A stretch of 64,000 nucleotides of DNA from Burkholderiales bacterium (lineage in GTDB: Bacteria > Pseudomonadota > Gammaproteobacteria > Burkholderiales > SG8-39), in the NCBI GenBank assembly GCA_035632415.1, contig DASQGW010000153.1, positions 4,821-68,820 of the forward strand, written 5' to 3'. The notes under the pieces are model-generated. The model ran no database searches. It saw only the letters and a list, made by a program, of their open reading frames with translations, and was not told where the DNA came from. The translations under genes and the position numbers were made by a program. Positions 20,238-28,519 of the stretch are shown piece by piece. Numbering within the stretch: position 1 is the first letter of the stretch; each line of letters opens with the position of its first letter.

Positions 20238-22229
20238 GTGGGACAAGCCAGGAATTTCTTAGTCGTCACGGCGTGGCTTCTTGCGCCGCTCGCCGTGCAT
20301 GCGCAGCAGCCCGCCAAGCCGCCAGCGCGACCGCTGGTACCTCTTTACGACGCCGCCGGAGTTACGAAGGCCTGCGATGGCGCACTCGCCCTGGCGCGCA
20401 AGCGCGTCGCCAGCATGGCAGCGAAGCGCGGCGGAGACGGCATCTTCGGCGAATGGAACCGGCTCTCGATCGGCCTCGAGGACGTGGGTGATCCGATCTA
20501 TCTCCTTGGCGAGGTGCATCCGGACAAGGCGGTGCGCGACGCTGCCGAGCCCTGCCTGCAGAAATACACGGCGTTCAACACCGAGCTCTTCCAGAACGAG
20601 AAGCTCTACGCCCGCGTCAAGGCCGCCAAGCCTGCGAACGCTCACCAGGCGAAGCTCAAGAAGGATCTGATCGACGGATTCGAGGACAGCGGGGTGGCGC
20701 TGCCCGCCGAGCGGCGCGCGCGCGCCAAGCAGATCTTCGACAAGCTCGAGGAGCTCCGTCAGGCCTTCGACCGCAACATCCGCGACGATCCGACCAAGGT
20801 CACCTTCACCGCCGCCGAGATGGACGGCATGCCCGAGGCCTACCTGAAGGCGCACGCGGGCAAGCGCGATGCCAGCGGCAATTACGTGCTCGACCTCAAG
20901 TACCCGTCCTACATTCCGTTCATGCAGAACGCGAAGGACGAGGCGGCTCGCAAGCGCTATTACATCGCGAAGCTCAACGAAGGCGGGTCGGCGAATCTCG
21001 AGCTGCTCGATGAAATCTTCAAGCTGCGGAAAGAGCTCGCGGGGCTCTATGACCTGCCTTCCTATGCCCACTACGTGCTGCGCCGGCGTATGGTCGGGAA
21101 GCCGGAGATCGTCTTCAAGTTCCTCGGCGACGTGAAGGCCGCGGTGGGCGATCTGGAGAAGAAAGAGATCGAGGAGCTGCGAGCGGAGAAGGCGAAGGAC
21201 CTGGACGCGACGCTCGCCGCGACGAAGCTCGAGCGCTGGGACGTGAGCTACTACCAGGAGCGCGTGCGGCGCAGCCGCTATTCGGTCGACCAGGAGAAGC
21301 TGCGCGCCTATTTTCCGACCGACAAGTCGGTCGAGTACGTGTTCGCCGTGTCGCAGCGGCTCTATGGCGTGAAGTTCAAGGAGGTGAAGGTCCCCACCTG
21401 GCACCCGGACGTGCGCTATTTCGACGTGCTGGATGCGAAGAGCGGCGCCTTCCTCTCAGGCTTCTACCTCGATCTCTTTCCGCGCGAGGGCAAGTACAAC
21501 CATGCGGCGGCGTTCGGGCTACGCAACGCGAGCCGGGTCGCAGGCCGCACGCCGCTCTCCGCGCTGGTGACCAACTTCAACCGCGAGGGGCTCGATCACC
21601 GCGAGCTCGAGACCCTGATGCACGAATTCGGGCATGTGCTGCACAGGGTCCTGTCGAGGACGGACTACGTGGACGCGGGCAGCGTGAAGCGCGACTTCGT
21701 CGAGGCTCCTTCGCAGATGTTCGAAGAGTGGGCGCGGCGTGAGCAGCCTCTCGCGCTCTTCAAAGCGGTGTGCCCGCAGTGCCCGCAGCTCACGCCGGCC
21801 GAGATCGGGCGCCTCGAATCGGCCCGCAAGTACGGCGCCGGCATCCAGTACGCGCGCCAGTGGCTCTACGCGAGCTTCGATATGGCGCTTTCCACGGAGC
21901 CCCAGCCGCCGCTCGCCCTCTGGAAGAAGCTCGAATCGGCGACGCCGCTCGGCTATGTCGAAGGCACGAGCTTCCCGTCCGCGTTCAGCCATATCGCCGG
22001 CAGCGGCTACGCCGCGGGCTACTACGGCTACATGTGGTCCGAGGTGATCGCGCTCGACATGCTCACGCCGTTCAAGAAGAACATGCTCGACCCGAAGGTC
22101 GGCCTGCGTTACCGCAATGCGATTCTTTCGCAGGGCGGCCAGCAGGAAGAGATGCAGGAGGTGCGCAACTTCCTCGGGCGCGATCCGTCCAGCGAAGCCT
22201 TTTTCGCCGAGATCACCGGCAGGCGCTAG
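20238..22229 (+). CDS. M3-family zinc metallopeptidase (oligopeptidase/dipeptidyl-carboxypeptidase-like), secreted
   Basis: In-frame GTG at 20238 within track ORF 19566..22229 gives a signal-like N-terminus VGQARNFLVVTAWLLAPLAVHAQ. HEFGH zinc motif and the downstream Glu region (FVEAPSQMFE) are typical of thimet/M3 peptidases. Confidence 0.85.
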   Translation: MGQARNFLVVTAWLLAPLAVHAQQPAKPPARPLVPLYDAAGVTKACDGALALARKRVASMAAKRGGDGIFGEWNRLSIGLEDVGDPIYLLGEVHPDKAVRDAAEPCLQKYTAFNTELFQNEKLYARVKAAKPANAHQAKLKKDLIDGFEDSGVALPAERRARAKQIFDKLEELRQAFDRNIRDDPTKVTFTAAEMDGMPEAYLKAHAGKRDASGNYVLDLKYPSYIPFMQNAKDEAARKRYYIAKLNEGGSANLELLDEIFKLRKELAGLYDLPSYAHYVLRRRMVGKPEIVFKFLGDVKAAVGDLEKKEIEELRAEKAKDLDATLAATKLERWDVSYYQERVRRSRYSVDQEKLRAYFPTDKSVEYVFAVSQRLYGVKFKEVKVPTWHPDVRYFDVLDAKSGAFLSGFYLDLFPREGKYNHAAAFGLRNASRVAGRTPLSALVTNFNREGLDHRELETLMHEFGHVLHRVLSRTDYVDAGSVKRDFVEAPSQMFEEWARREQPLALFKAVCPQCPQLTPAEIGRLESARKYGAGIQYARQWLYASFDMALSTEPQPPLALWKKLESATPLGYVEGTSFPSAFSHIAGSGYAAGYYGYMWSEVIALDMLTPFKKNMLDPKVGLRYRNAILSQGGQQEEMQEVRNFLGRDPSSEAFFAEITGRR

Positions 22230-23075
22230 TCACATGCTGCAAGGATCTTCGCGCGCTGCGCGCGGGGTGAACCAGACGTAGTCGTAGCTCTGCGGCTCGT
22301 AGTCCTGCGGCGAGCTCGCGCCTCGCTCGACTTCCAGGAATGCGAGGCTCACGACATCGCCATTCACGTAAATCGGCACGCCGCGGTCGCGCCGAGCGTG
22401 GCCGGCGCCCGCGATGAGGACGGTGTCGCGCTTGAAGACCGAAGCCATGCGCGCATCGCGGGCGCGCTGCGCCTCGACCATGCCGCGCAGGAGCTTCCCC
22501 TCGGGCGGGTGGCCGCAGTGGCTTGCGCTGATGTCGCCGGCAAGCGCCTTCTCGACTGCCGGATCGGCGGGCGGCAGGCCCGAGCGCGCTGGATCGTAGA
22601 CGATGGCGCGCGCATCGCTGCGCGAGAGGTTTGCCGCGGCAAGCGGCCAGCCGAACTCGAGCGCGAACTGCACGAGCGGCTTGTAGAGCGGCCAGTTCCA
22701 CCCCTTCCGATCGAAGTGGCCGGCATTTGCCAGGCCTTCGGCATCGGCGCCGCGCCTGCGGGCCTCATCCAGCTCCTGCTGGTACGGGCTGTCGAACTGC
22801 TCCATCGCAAGCACGGCCTTGCGGCCACGCGCTGCCAGCGCCTCGAGCACGACTCGCTGCAGGCGGTGGTGCTCGGCATTGTCGTGCGTCTCTCCCAGGA
22901 TCACGTAGTGCGACTGGGCGACGCGTTCGAACAGCGCGTCTTGAGAAACAAAAGCAGCGGCACGCGTGTCCCAGATCCGGCCGACAAGCGGGTGGCGATC
23001 GTCGGTCGTCCGGTGAGCGCACGCGGCGACGAGCGCCGCAGCGAAGACGACCCGCAGGGGTTTGGCTGCTAAAAT
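22230..23075 (-). CDS. ChaN-family (haem/iron-associated, Tiki-like) lipoprotein; start codon uncertain
   Basis: C-terminal ~280 codons of track ORF 22230..24500. Lipobox-like LVAAC; YVILGETHDNAEHH and LIAGAGHARRDRGVP motifs as in ChaN-type proteins. The only start that keeps the signal peptide is non-canonical (ATT at 23075 or CTG at 23057). Confidence 0.7.
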   Translation of the reverse strand: MLAAKPLRVVFAAALVAACAHRTTDDRHPLVGRIWDTRAAAFVSQDALFERVAQSHYVILGETHDNAEHHRLQRVVLEALAARGRKAVLAMEQFDSPYQQELDEARRRGADAEGLANAGHFDRKGWNWPLYKPLVQFALEFGWPLAAANLSRSDARAIVYDPARSGLPPADPAVEKALAGDISASHCGHPPEGKLLRGMVEAQRARDARMASVFKRDTVLIAGAGHARRDRGVPIYVNGDVVSLAFLEVERGASSPQDYEPQSYDYVWFTPRAAREDPCSM

Positions 23076-23087
23076 CGCGACCCTTCC

Positions 23088-24947
23088 ATGTTCGATTTCG
23101 TCCAGAAGTACAAGCGCGTGATGCAGATCCTGCTCGGGCTGATCGCGATCACGTTCGCGAGCTGGGGCATCGAATCCTACACGCGCTTCGCCGGCGGCCG
23201 CGACACGGTGGCGAGCGTCAACGGCTCGGATATCACGCAGCGCGAGTTCGATGCGCAGATGGCCGCGCAGCAGGAGCAGCTCCGCCGCATGCTGCAGGGG
23301 CGCTTCGACCCGTCGAGCTTCGATACGCCGGAGGGCCGCCGTGCGGTGCTCGACCAGATGGTCGCGGAGCGCCTCGTCGCGACCGAGACGCTGAAGCGCA
23401 ATCTCCTCATCGATGACAAGCGCCTCACCGAGCTCATCCTCTCCGTGCCGGAGTTCCAGGAGAACGGGCGCTTCTCCGAGGAGGCGTTCGACCGCGTCGC
23501 GCGCTCGCAGAGCCCGCCGCTCAGCGCCCGCGAGTTTGCCGAGCGCCTGCGGCAGAGCTTCGCGTTCCAGCAGCTCGCCGGCTCGATCGCCGACACGGCC
23601 ATCGTTTCGCGCACCGTGGCCGATCGGCTCGCGGCGATCGAGGTGCAGCAGCGCGAGGTTTCCGAGTCGCGCCTCGCGGCGCGCCAGTTCCTCGATAAGG
23701 TCAAGATCGACGATGCCAAGGTGAAGGACTACTACGACGCGAATCCGGCGGAATTCCGCACCCCCGAGCGGGTGCGCGCCGAATACGTCGTGCTGTCGGC
23801 CGAAAACCTCGCAAAGCAGGAGCCGGTGACGGAGCAGGAGATCAAGAAGGCCTACGACGCGCGCGCGTCGGCGTTCAAGGTCGAGGAGCAGCGCCGCGCG
23901 AGCCACATCCTCGTGAAGACGAAGGAGGAGGCCGACAAGATCGTCGCCGAGCTGAAGAAGAACCCGGGCGCCTTTGCGGATCTCGCCAAGAAGCAGTCCC
24001 AGGATGCGGGCTCCGCAGAGAAAGGCGGCGACCTCGGCTGGTTCGCGCGCGGCGCGATGGTGAAGCCGTTCGAGGACGCGGTGTTCTCGATGAAGCCGGG
24101 CGAGATCCGCGTGGCGCAGAGCGAGTTCGGCTTCCACGTCGTCAAGCTCACGGGCATCGAGCCCGGCAAGACGCGGCCGCTCGCCGAAGTGCGCAAGGAG
24201 CTCGCCGCCGACCTCGCGCGGCAGAAGGGCGTGCAGAAATTCGCCGAGTCCTCCGAGGGTTTCAGCAACATGGTCTATGAGCAGTCGGAGAGCCTGAAGC
24301 CCGTCGCCGACAGGTTCAAGCTGCAGATCCAGACGACGGGCTGGATCGCGAAGGGCGGGCCGCCGCAGGAGCTGGGCGCGCTCGATAACCCGAAGCTCCT
24401 GACGGCGCTCTTCTCCCAGGATGCCGTCGTCAACAAGCGCAACACCGACGCGATCGAGGTGGCGCCGAGCACGCTGGTCGCCGCGCGGGTCGTCGAGCAC
24501 CAGCCCGCCGCGCAGCGCAAGTTCGAGGAGGTGAAGGGTCAGATCGCGGAAGAGCTGCGCCGCCGCGAAGCCGTGCGCCTCGCGGAGCAGGAAGGCTCGG
24601 CAAAGCTCGAGCAGCTGAAGAAAGGCGAGAACGTGGCCGTGCAGTGGGGTGCGCCGAAGATGGTGTCACGCCGCAGCGCGCAGGGCCTGCCGGCGGAGAT
24701 CCTCCGCCGGGTCGTGGCCGCCGACACGACCAAGCTGCCTGCGTATATAGGCGTCGGGGTCCCTGACCAGGGCTATGTCATCCTGCGCATCAGCAAGGTG
24801 GTGGAGGGCCAGGCGCCCACCGACGAAAAGCAGGCCGAAGCGCGCGCCGCCTCGGCCCAGGCGGGCGCCGACTACGAGTCCTACGTCGCGACCCTCAAGA
24901 GCCGCGCGAGCATCTCGATCAACTCGGCGAATCTCGAAAAGAAATAA
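23088..24947 (+). CDS. ppiD: periplasmic chaperone / peptidyl-prolyl isomerase PpiD
   Basis: 619 aa; N-terminal membrane anchor (ILLGLIAITFASWG); parvulin domain ASHILVK...GGDLGWF...FGFHVVK; usual location downstream of lon-hupB. Confidence 0.9.
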   Translation: MFDFVQKYKRVMQILLGLIAITFASWGIESYTRFAGGRDTVASVNGSDITQREFDAQMAAQQEQLRRMLQGRFDPSSFDTPEGRRAVLDQMVAERLVATETLKRNLLIDDKRLTELILSVPEFQENGRFSEEAFDRVARSQSPPLSAREFAERLRQSFAFQQLAGSIADTAIVSRTVADRLAAIEVQQREVSESRLAARQFLDKVKIDDAKVKDYYDANPAEFRTPERVRAEYVVLSAENLAKQEPVTEQEIKKAYDARASAFKVEEQRRASHILVKTKEEADKIVAELKKNPGAFADLAKKQSQDAGSAEKGGDLGWFARGAMVKPFEDAVFSMKPGEIRVAQSEFGFHVVKLTGIEPGKTRPLAEVRKELAADLARQKGVQKFAESSEGFSNMVYEQSESLKPVADRFKLQIQTTGWIAKGGPPQELGALDNPKLLTALFSQDAVVNKRNTDAIEVAPSTLVAARVVEHQPAAQRKFEEVKGQIAEELRRREAVRLAEQEGSAKLEQLKKGENVAVQWGAPKMVSRRSAQGLPAEILRRVVAADTTKLPAYIGVGVPDQGYVILRISKVVEGQAPTDEKQAEARAASAQAGADYESYVATLKSRASISINSANLEKK

Positions 24948-25754
24948 TTACGACCCCGAACTAGATTCGGGGCTGGCGATGCCGGCGATGACGTGGCTGA
25001 AGCCGGCGTCGACGTAGAGCACCTCACCGGTAATCGCAGCAGCGAGGTCGGAGAGCAGGAACGCAGCCGCGTTGCCTACGTCGTCGATGGTGACGTTGCG
25101 CCGAAGAGGGGCGTGCTCGGCCACGAACTTGAGGATCTTGCCGAAGCCGCCGATGCCTGCCGCGGCGAGCGTTTTGATCGGGCCGGCGGAGATCGCGTTC
25201 ACCCGCATGCCCTGCGGCCCGAGGCTCGCCGCCATGTAGCGCACCGAGGCTTCCAGGCTCGCCTTGGCGAGGCCCATGGTGTTGTAGTGCGGCAGGACTC
25301 GCACCGCGCCGAGGTAGGTCAAGGTAAGGAGCGCGGCGTTACGCCCCTTCATCATCGGCAGCGCGGCCTTGGCGAGGGCAGGGAAGCTGTAGACGGAGAT
25401 GTCGTGCGCCTGGCGGAACGCCTCGCGGCTGATGCCTTCGAGGAAGTCGCCGTCGATCGCCTCCCGCGGCGCGAAGGCGAGCGCGTGCACCAGGCCGTCC
25501 AGCCCATCCCACTTCGCGCCGAGCGACTTGAAGAGCTGCTCGATCTCGGCATCGCTCGTGACTTCGCACGGCAGCGCTGCGGCGGCGCCCAGCTCCTTCG
25601 CCATGTCTTCAGCGCGTTCGCGGAAGCGCTCGTTCTGGTAGGTGAGGGCGATCTCCGCGCCTTCGCGCCGCGCCGCCTTGGCGATGCCATAGGCGATCGA
25701 GCGATTGGAGAGAAGCCCGGTGACGAGGATCTTCTTGCCGGAGAGCAGTGCCAT
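24948..25754 (-). CDS. fabI: enoyl-[acyl-carrier-protein] reductase (NADH) FabI
   Basis: 268 aa; KILVTGLLSNRSIAYGIA N-terminus; Tyr-x6-Lys region YNTMGLAKASLE; NAISAGPIKTLAA. Confidence 0.93.
   Translation of the reverse strand: MALLSGKKILVTGLLSNRSIAYGIAKAARREGAEIALTYQNERFRERAEDMAKELGAAAALPCEVTSDAEIEQLFKSLGAKWDGLDGLVHALAFAPREAIDGDFLEGISREAFRQAHDISVYSFPALAKAALPMMKGRNAALLTLTYLGAVRVLPHYNTMGLAKASLEASVRYMAASLGPQGMRVNAISAGPIKTLAAAGIGGFGKILKFVAEHAPLRRNVTIDDVGNAAAFLLSDLAAAITGEVLYVDAGFSHVIAGIASPESSSGS
24954..24972. terminator. hairpin shared by convergent ppiD and fabI; U-tract on the fabI side
   Basis: CCCCGAA-ctaga-TTCGGGG (7-bp stem). Read on the minus strand it is followed by tcgTAATTATTTCTTTTC. 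It lies inside the last codons of fabI and 7 nt after the ppiD stop. Confidence 0.45.
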
Positions 25755-25760
25755 CGAGCG

Positions 25761-25766
25761 ATTATA
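25761..25766 (-). promoter_or_regulatory. candidate -10 box (perfect TATAAT) 6 nt upstream of the fabI ATG
   Basis: Minus strand reads gaaagTATAATcgctcgATGgca. There is no Shine-Dalgarno between the box and the ATG. No convincing -35 found. Confidence 0.3.
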
Positions 25767-25777
25767 CTTTCGCCCCC

Positions 25778-27565
25778 ATGAGAGCCTGGTTGGCGGTCTT
25801 GCTCATCGCGTTGGCGCCCGCGGCCATGTTGGAAGCTTCGGCGCAGAGCAAGATCCTGCGCGTCACCTTCCAGGCCGCGGAGACGGGCTTCGATCCCGTG
25901 CGCACCAGCGACTATTACTCCGGCATGGTCGACGAGGCGATCTACGACACGCTGCTCGGCTACGACTATCTCGCGCGCCCGGCGAAGCTCGTCCCGAGTG
26001 CCGCAGAGGCGATGCCGACGGTGTCAGCCGACGGCAAGACCTACACCGTCAGGATAAAGAAGGGCATTTACTTCACCGACGATCCTGCCTTCAAGGGGAA
26101 GAAACGAGAGCTCACCGCACAGGACTTCGCCTACTCGTGGCGCCGGTTCTTCGATCCGAAATACCGCTCGCCCTACGCGTTTCTCTTCACCGGCAAGATC
26201 GTCGGCCTCGACGCGCTCGGCGAGCAGGCGAAGAAAACGGGCAAGTTCGACTACGAGGCGCCGGTGGCCGGCCTGCAGACGCCCGATCGCTATACGCTCG
26301 TCATCCGCCTCACCGAGCCGGACGTCAATTTCCAGTATGTGCTCGCCTTCCCGCTCACTTCGGCCGTGGCACGTGAGGTCATCGATGCGTACGCCGAGGA
26401 ATCGAACGCCCATCCGGTGGGCACCGGGCCGTTCTACCTGAAGCGCTACGTCCGGTCTTCCAAGATAGAGCTCGCCAGGAATCCGGGCTTCCGCGGCATG
26501 ACCTGGAACTTCGATCCCGGCGACAACCCGCGTTTCAAGGAGATCGCCGAGAAGATGAGAGGCAAGAAGCTGCCCGCCATCGACGGCGTCGAGATCAGCA
26601 TCATGGAGGAGACGCAGAGCCGCTGGCTCGCTTTCCAGCGCGGCGAGACCGACATCGAGTACCAGCTCTGGGAGGTTTCGCCGACCTTCATGACCGACGA
26701 CGGGCAGCTCAAGCCCGAGTTCAAGCGCCGCGGCATCAAGCTCGACCGCATCGTCGACCCGGAGATCATCTACATGTTCTTCAACATGCAGGACAAGATC
26801 GACGGCGTGCCCAACCCGGTCGGGGGCTTCGGCAAGGAGCGGATGGCGCTGCGCCGGGCGATCATGATGGCGTACAAGATCGAGGACCAGATCCGCATCA
26901 TCCGCAAGGGCCAGGCGGTGCGCGCGCAATACCCGATCCCGCCGGGTATCGTGGGGCACGACCCTCGGTACCGCTCCAGCATCGTGTACGACCCGCGTGC
27001 GGCGAATGCGCTGCTCGATCGATACGGCTACAAGAAAGGGCGCGACGGCTACCGCCACCAGCCGAACGGCGACTCCCTCGTCATCCGCTACACCTCGACG
27101 CCGACCGAGCGCGATCGGCAGTTCGACGAGCTGATGACGCGCGCCTTCGACTCCATCGGCCTGCGGCTGGAAATCCGGAAGGAGCGCTTCCCGGAATACT
27201 TGAAGTCGCAGAGAAGGTGCCGCGTCATGTTCGGGATCACGGCATGGCTCGCGGACTATCCCGACGGCGACAACTTCATGCAGCTCCTCTACGGCCCGAA
27301 TACCGGCGAGAGCAACAACGCCTGCTACCGGTCTGCGGAGTACGACAAGCGCTACGCGAGATCGCGCCTGCTGCACGACGGCCCGGAGCGCGAGCGCCTG
27401 TACCACGAAATGACGCGGATCATGGAGGTCGACGGCGCGTGGCTGCTGCTCGATAGCCGCATACGCAACTCGCTGCAGCAGCCCAACGTGATCGGCTTTA
27501 CGAAGCACCCGGTGCTGCATTCCGAGTGGCCGTATATCGACCTCGACCCAAGGCCGGCTGACTAG
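25778..27565 (+). CDS. ABC transporter substrate-binding protein, peptide/nickel family 5 (YejA-like)
   Basis: I use the ATG at 25778 (MRAWLAVLLIALAPAAMLEASAQ signal peptide) within track ORF 25748..27565. ~595 aa family-5 SBP followed by two permeases and a fused double ATPase, as in yejABEF. Confidence 0.85.
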   Translation: MRAWLAVLLIALAPAAMLEASAQSKILRVTFQAAETGFDPVRTSDYYSGMVDEAIYDTLLGYDYLARPAKLVPSAAEAMPTVSADGKTYTVRIKKGIYFTDDPAFKGKKRELTAQDFAYSWRRFFDPKYRSPYAFLFTGKIVGLDALGEQAKKTGKFDYEAPVAGLQTPDRYTLVIRLTEPDVNFQYVLAFPLTSAVAREVIDAYAEESNAHPVGTGPFYLKRYVRSSKIELARNPGFRGMTWNFDPGDNPRFKEIAEKMRGKKLPAIDGVEISIMEETQSRWLAFQRGETDIEYQLWEVSPTFMTDDGQLKPEFKRRGIKLDRIVDPEIIYMFFNMQDKIDGVPNPVGGFGKERMALRRAIMMAYKIEDQIRIIRKGQAVRAQYPIPPGIVGHDPRYRSSIVYDPRAANALLDRYGYKKGRDGYRHQPNGDSLVIRYTSTPTERDRQFDELMTRAFDSIGLRLEIRKERFPEYLKSQRRCRVMFGITAWLADYPDGDNFMQLLYGPNTGESNNACYRSAEYDKRYARSRLLHDGPERERLYHEMTRIMEVDGAWLLLDSRIRNSLQQPNVIGFTKHPVLHSEWPYIDLDPRPAD

Positions 27566-27580
27566 GATAAGCGCCTCGCC

Positions 27581-28519
27581 TTGCTCGCCTATACGCTGCG
27601 CCGGCTGTGGCAGTTCGTCCCGACGCTCGCCGGCGTCGTGCTGCTCGTCTTCTTCCTTTTCAACTGGGTAGGCGGCGATCCCGCCTACCTTCTCGCCGGC
27701 AAGATCTCCAACCCGGCGACGATCGAGAACATCCGCAAGCAGCTCGGCGTCGACCAGCCGTACTGGGTGCAGCTCTGGATCTTCGTGAAGCAGATCCTGA
27801 CCGGCGACTTCGGGGCCAGCTGGAACACGAACGAGAGCGTGGCCCACATCTTCCGCACGCGCCTGGGGCCCTCGCTCACCGTGCTCGTGCCGCTGCTCGT
27901 CATCAGCACGCTCCTCGCCATGGCTGCCGCGATGCTCGTCGCCTATGTGCGCGGCTCGCTCACCGATCGTGCCGTGATGGTGGCCTGCACGGTGGCCCAA
28001 TCGATCAGCATCCTCGTCTACATCCTCGTCTTCCAATACGTCCTCGCCTACCTCCTCGGCTGGTTCCCGGTGCAGGGCTGGGGCGTAACGTTCATGGACA
28101 ACCTCTTCCGCTACGCCATGCTCGCCATCATCGTCGGCGTGGCGGTCTCGCTCGCGCCGGATATCCGCCTCTATCGGACGTTTTTTCTCGACGAGATCAA
28201 CCAGGACTACGTGCGCACGGCCCGCGCCAAAGGCCTCTCTGAAGGGCGCGTCATGTGGGTGCATGTGCTGCGCAACGCGGCGATCCCGATCGTCACCAAC
28301 ATCCTGCTGCAGTTGCCGGGACTGCTCGCAGGCGCGTTCCTGATCGAAAGGTTCTTCGGCATCCCGGGCATCGGTCGCGAGGTGATCCTCGCCGTGGAGC
28401 GAAGCGACTTCCCGATCATCAAGGCGGTGACGGTCTACGTGGCCGTGGCGACGATGGTGGTCAATCTGGCGACGGACCTTCTGTACAAGGCGATCGACCC
28501 GCGAGTGCAGCTCAAATGA
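27581..28519 (+). CDS. ABC transporter permease (YejB/DppB-like)
   Basis: TTG start; 312 aa; N-terminus LAYTLRRLWQFVPTLAGVVLLVFFLF is typical of DppB-type permeases. Confidence 0.88.
   Translation: MLAYTLRRLWQFVPTLAGVVLLVFFLFNWVGGDPAYLLAGKISNPATIENIRKQLGVDQPYWVQLWIFVKQILTGDFGASWNTNESVAHIFRTRLGPSLTVLVPLLVISTLLAMAAAMLVAYVRGSLTDRAVMVACTVAQSISILVYILVFQYVLAYLLGWFPVQGWGVTFMDNLFRYAMLAIIVGVAVSLAPDIRLYRTFFLDEINQDYVRTARAKGLSEGRVMWVHVLRNAAIPIVTNILLQLPGLLAGAFLIERFFGIPGIGREVILAVERSDFPIIKAVTVYVAVATMVVNLATDLLYKAIDPRVQLK

Noticed and set aside
23076-24500. N-terminal ~475 codons of track ORF 22230..24500
   Set aside because: Antisense to ppiD, with low-complexity composition. Only the last ~280 codons show ChaN-family features and a signal peptide/lipobox.
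26024-28264. 746-aa minus-strand ORF across the peptide ABC genes; also 29052..30860 (minus) and the upstream parts of 28255..29523 and 28545..31208
   Set aside because: Antisense or alternate frame to clearly recognisable SBP, permease and ATPase genes, with biased Arg/Asp/His/Val composition.
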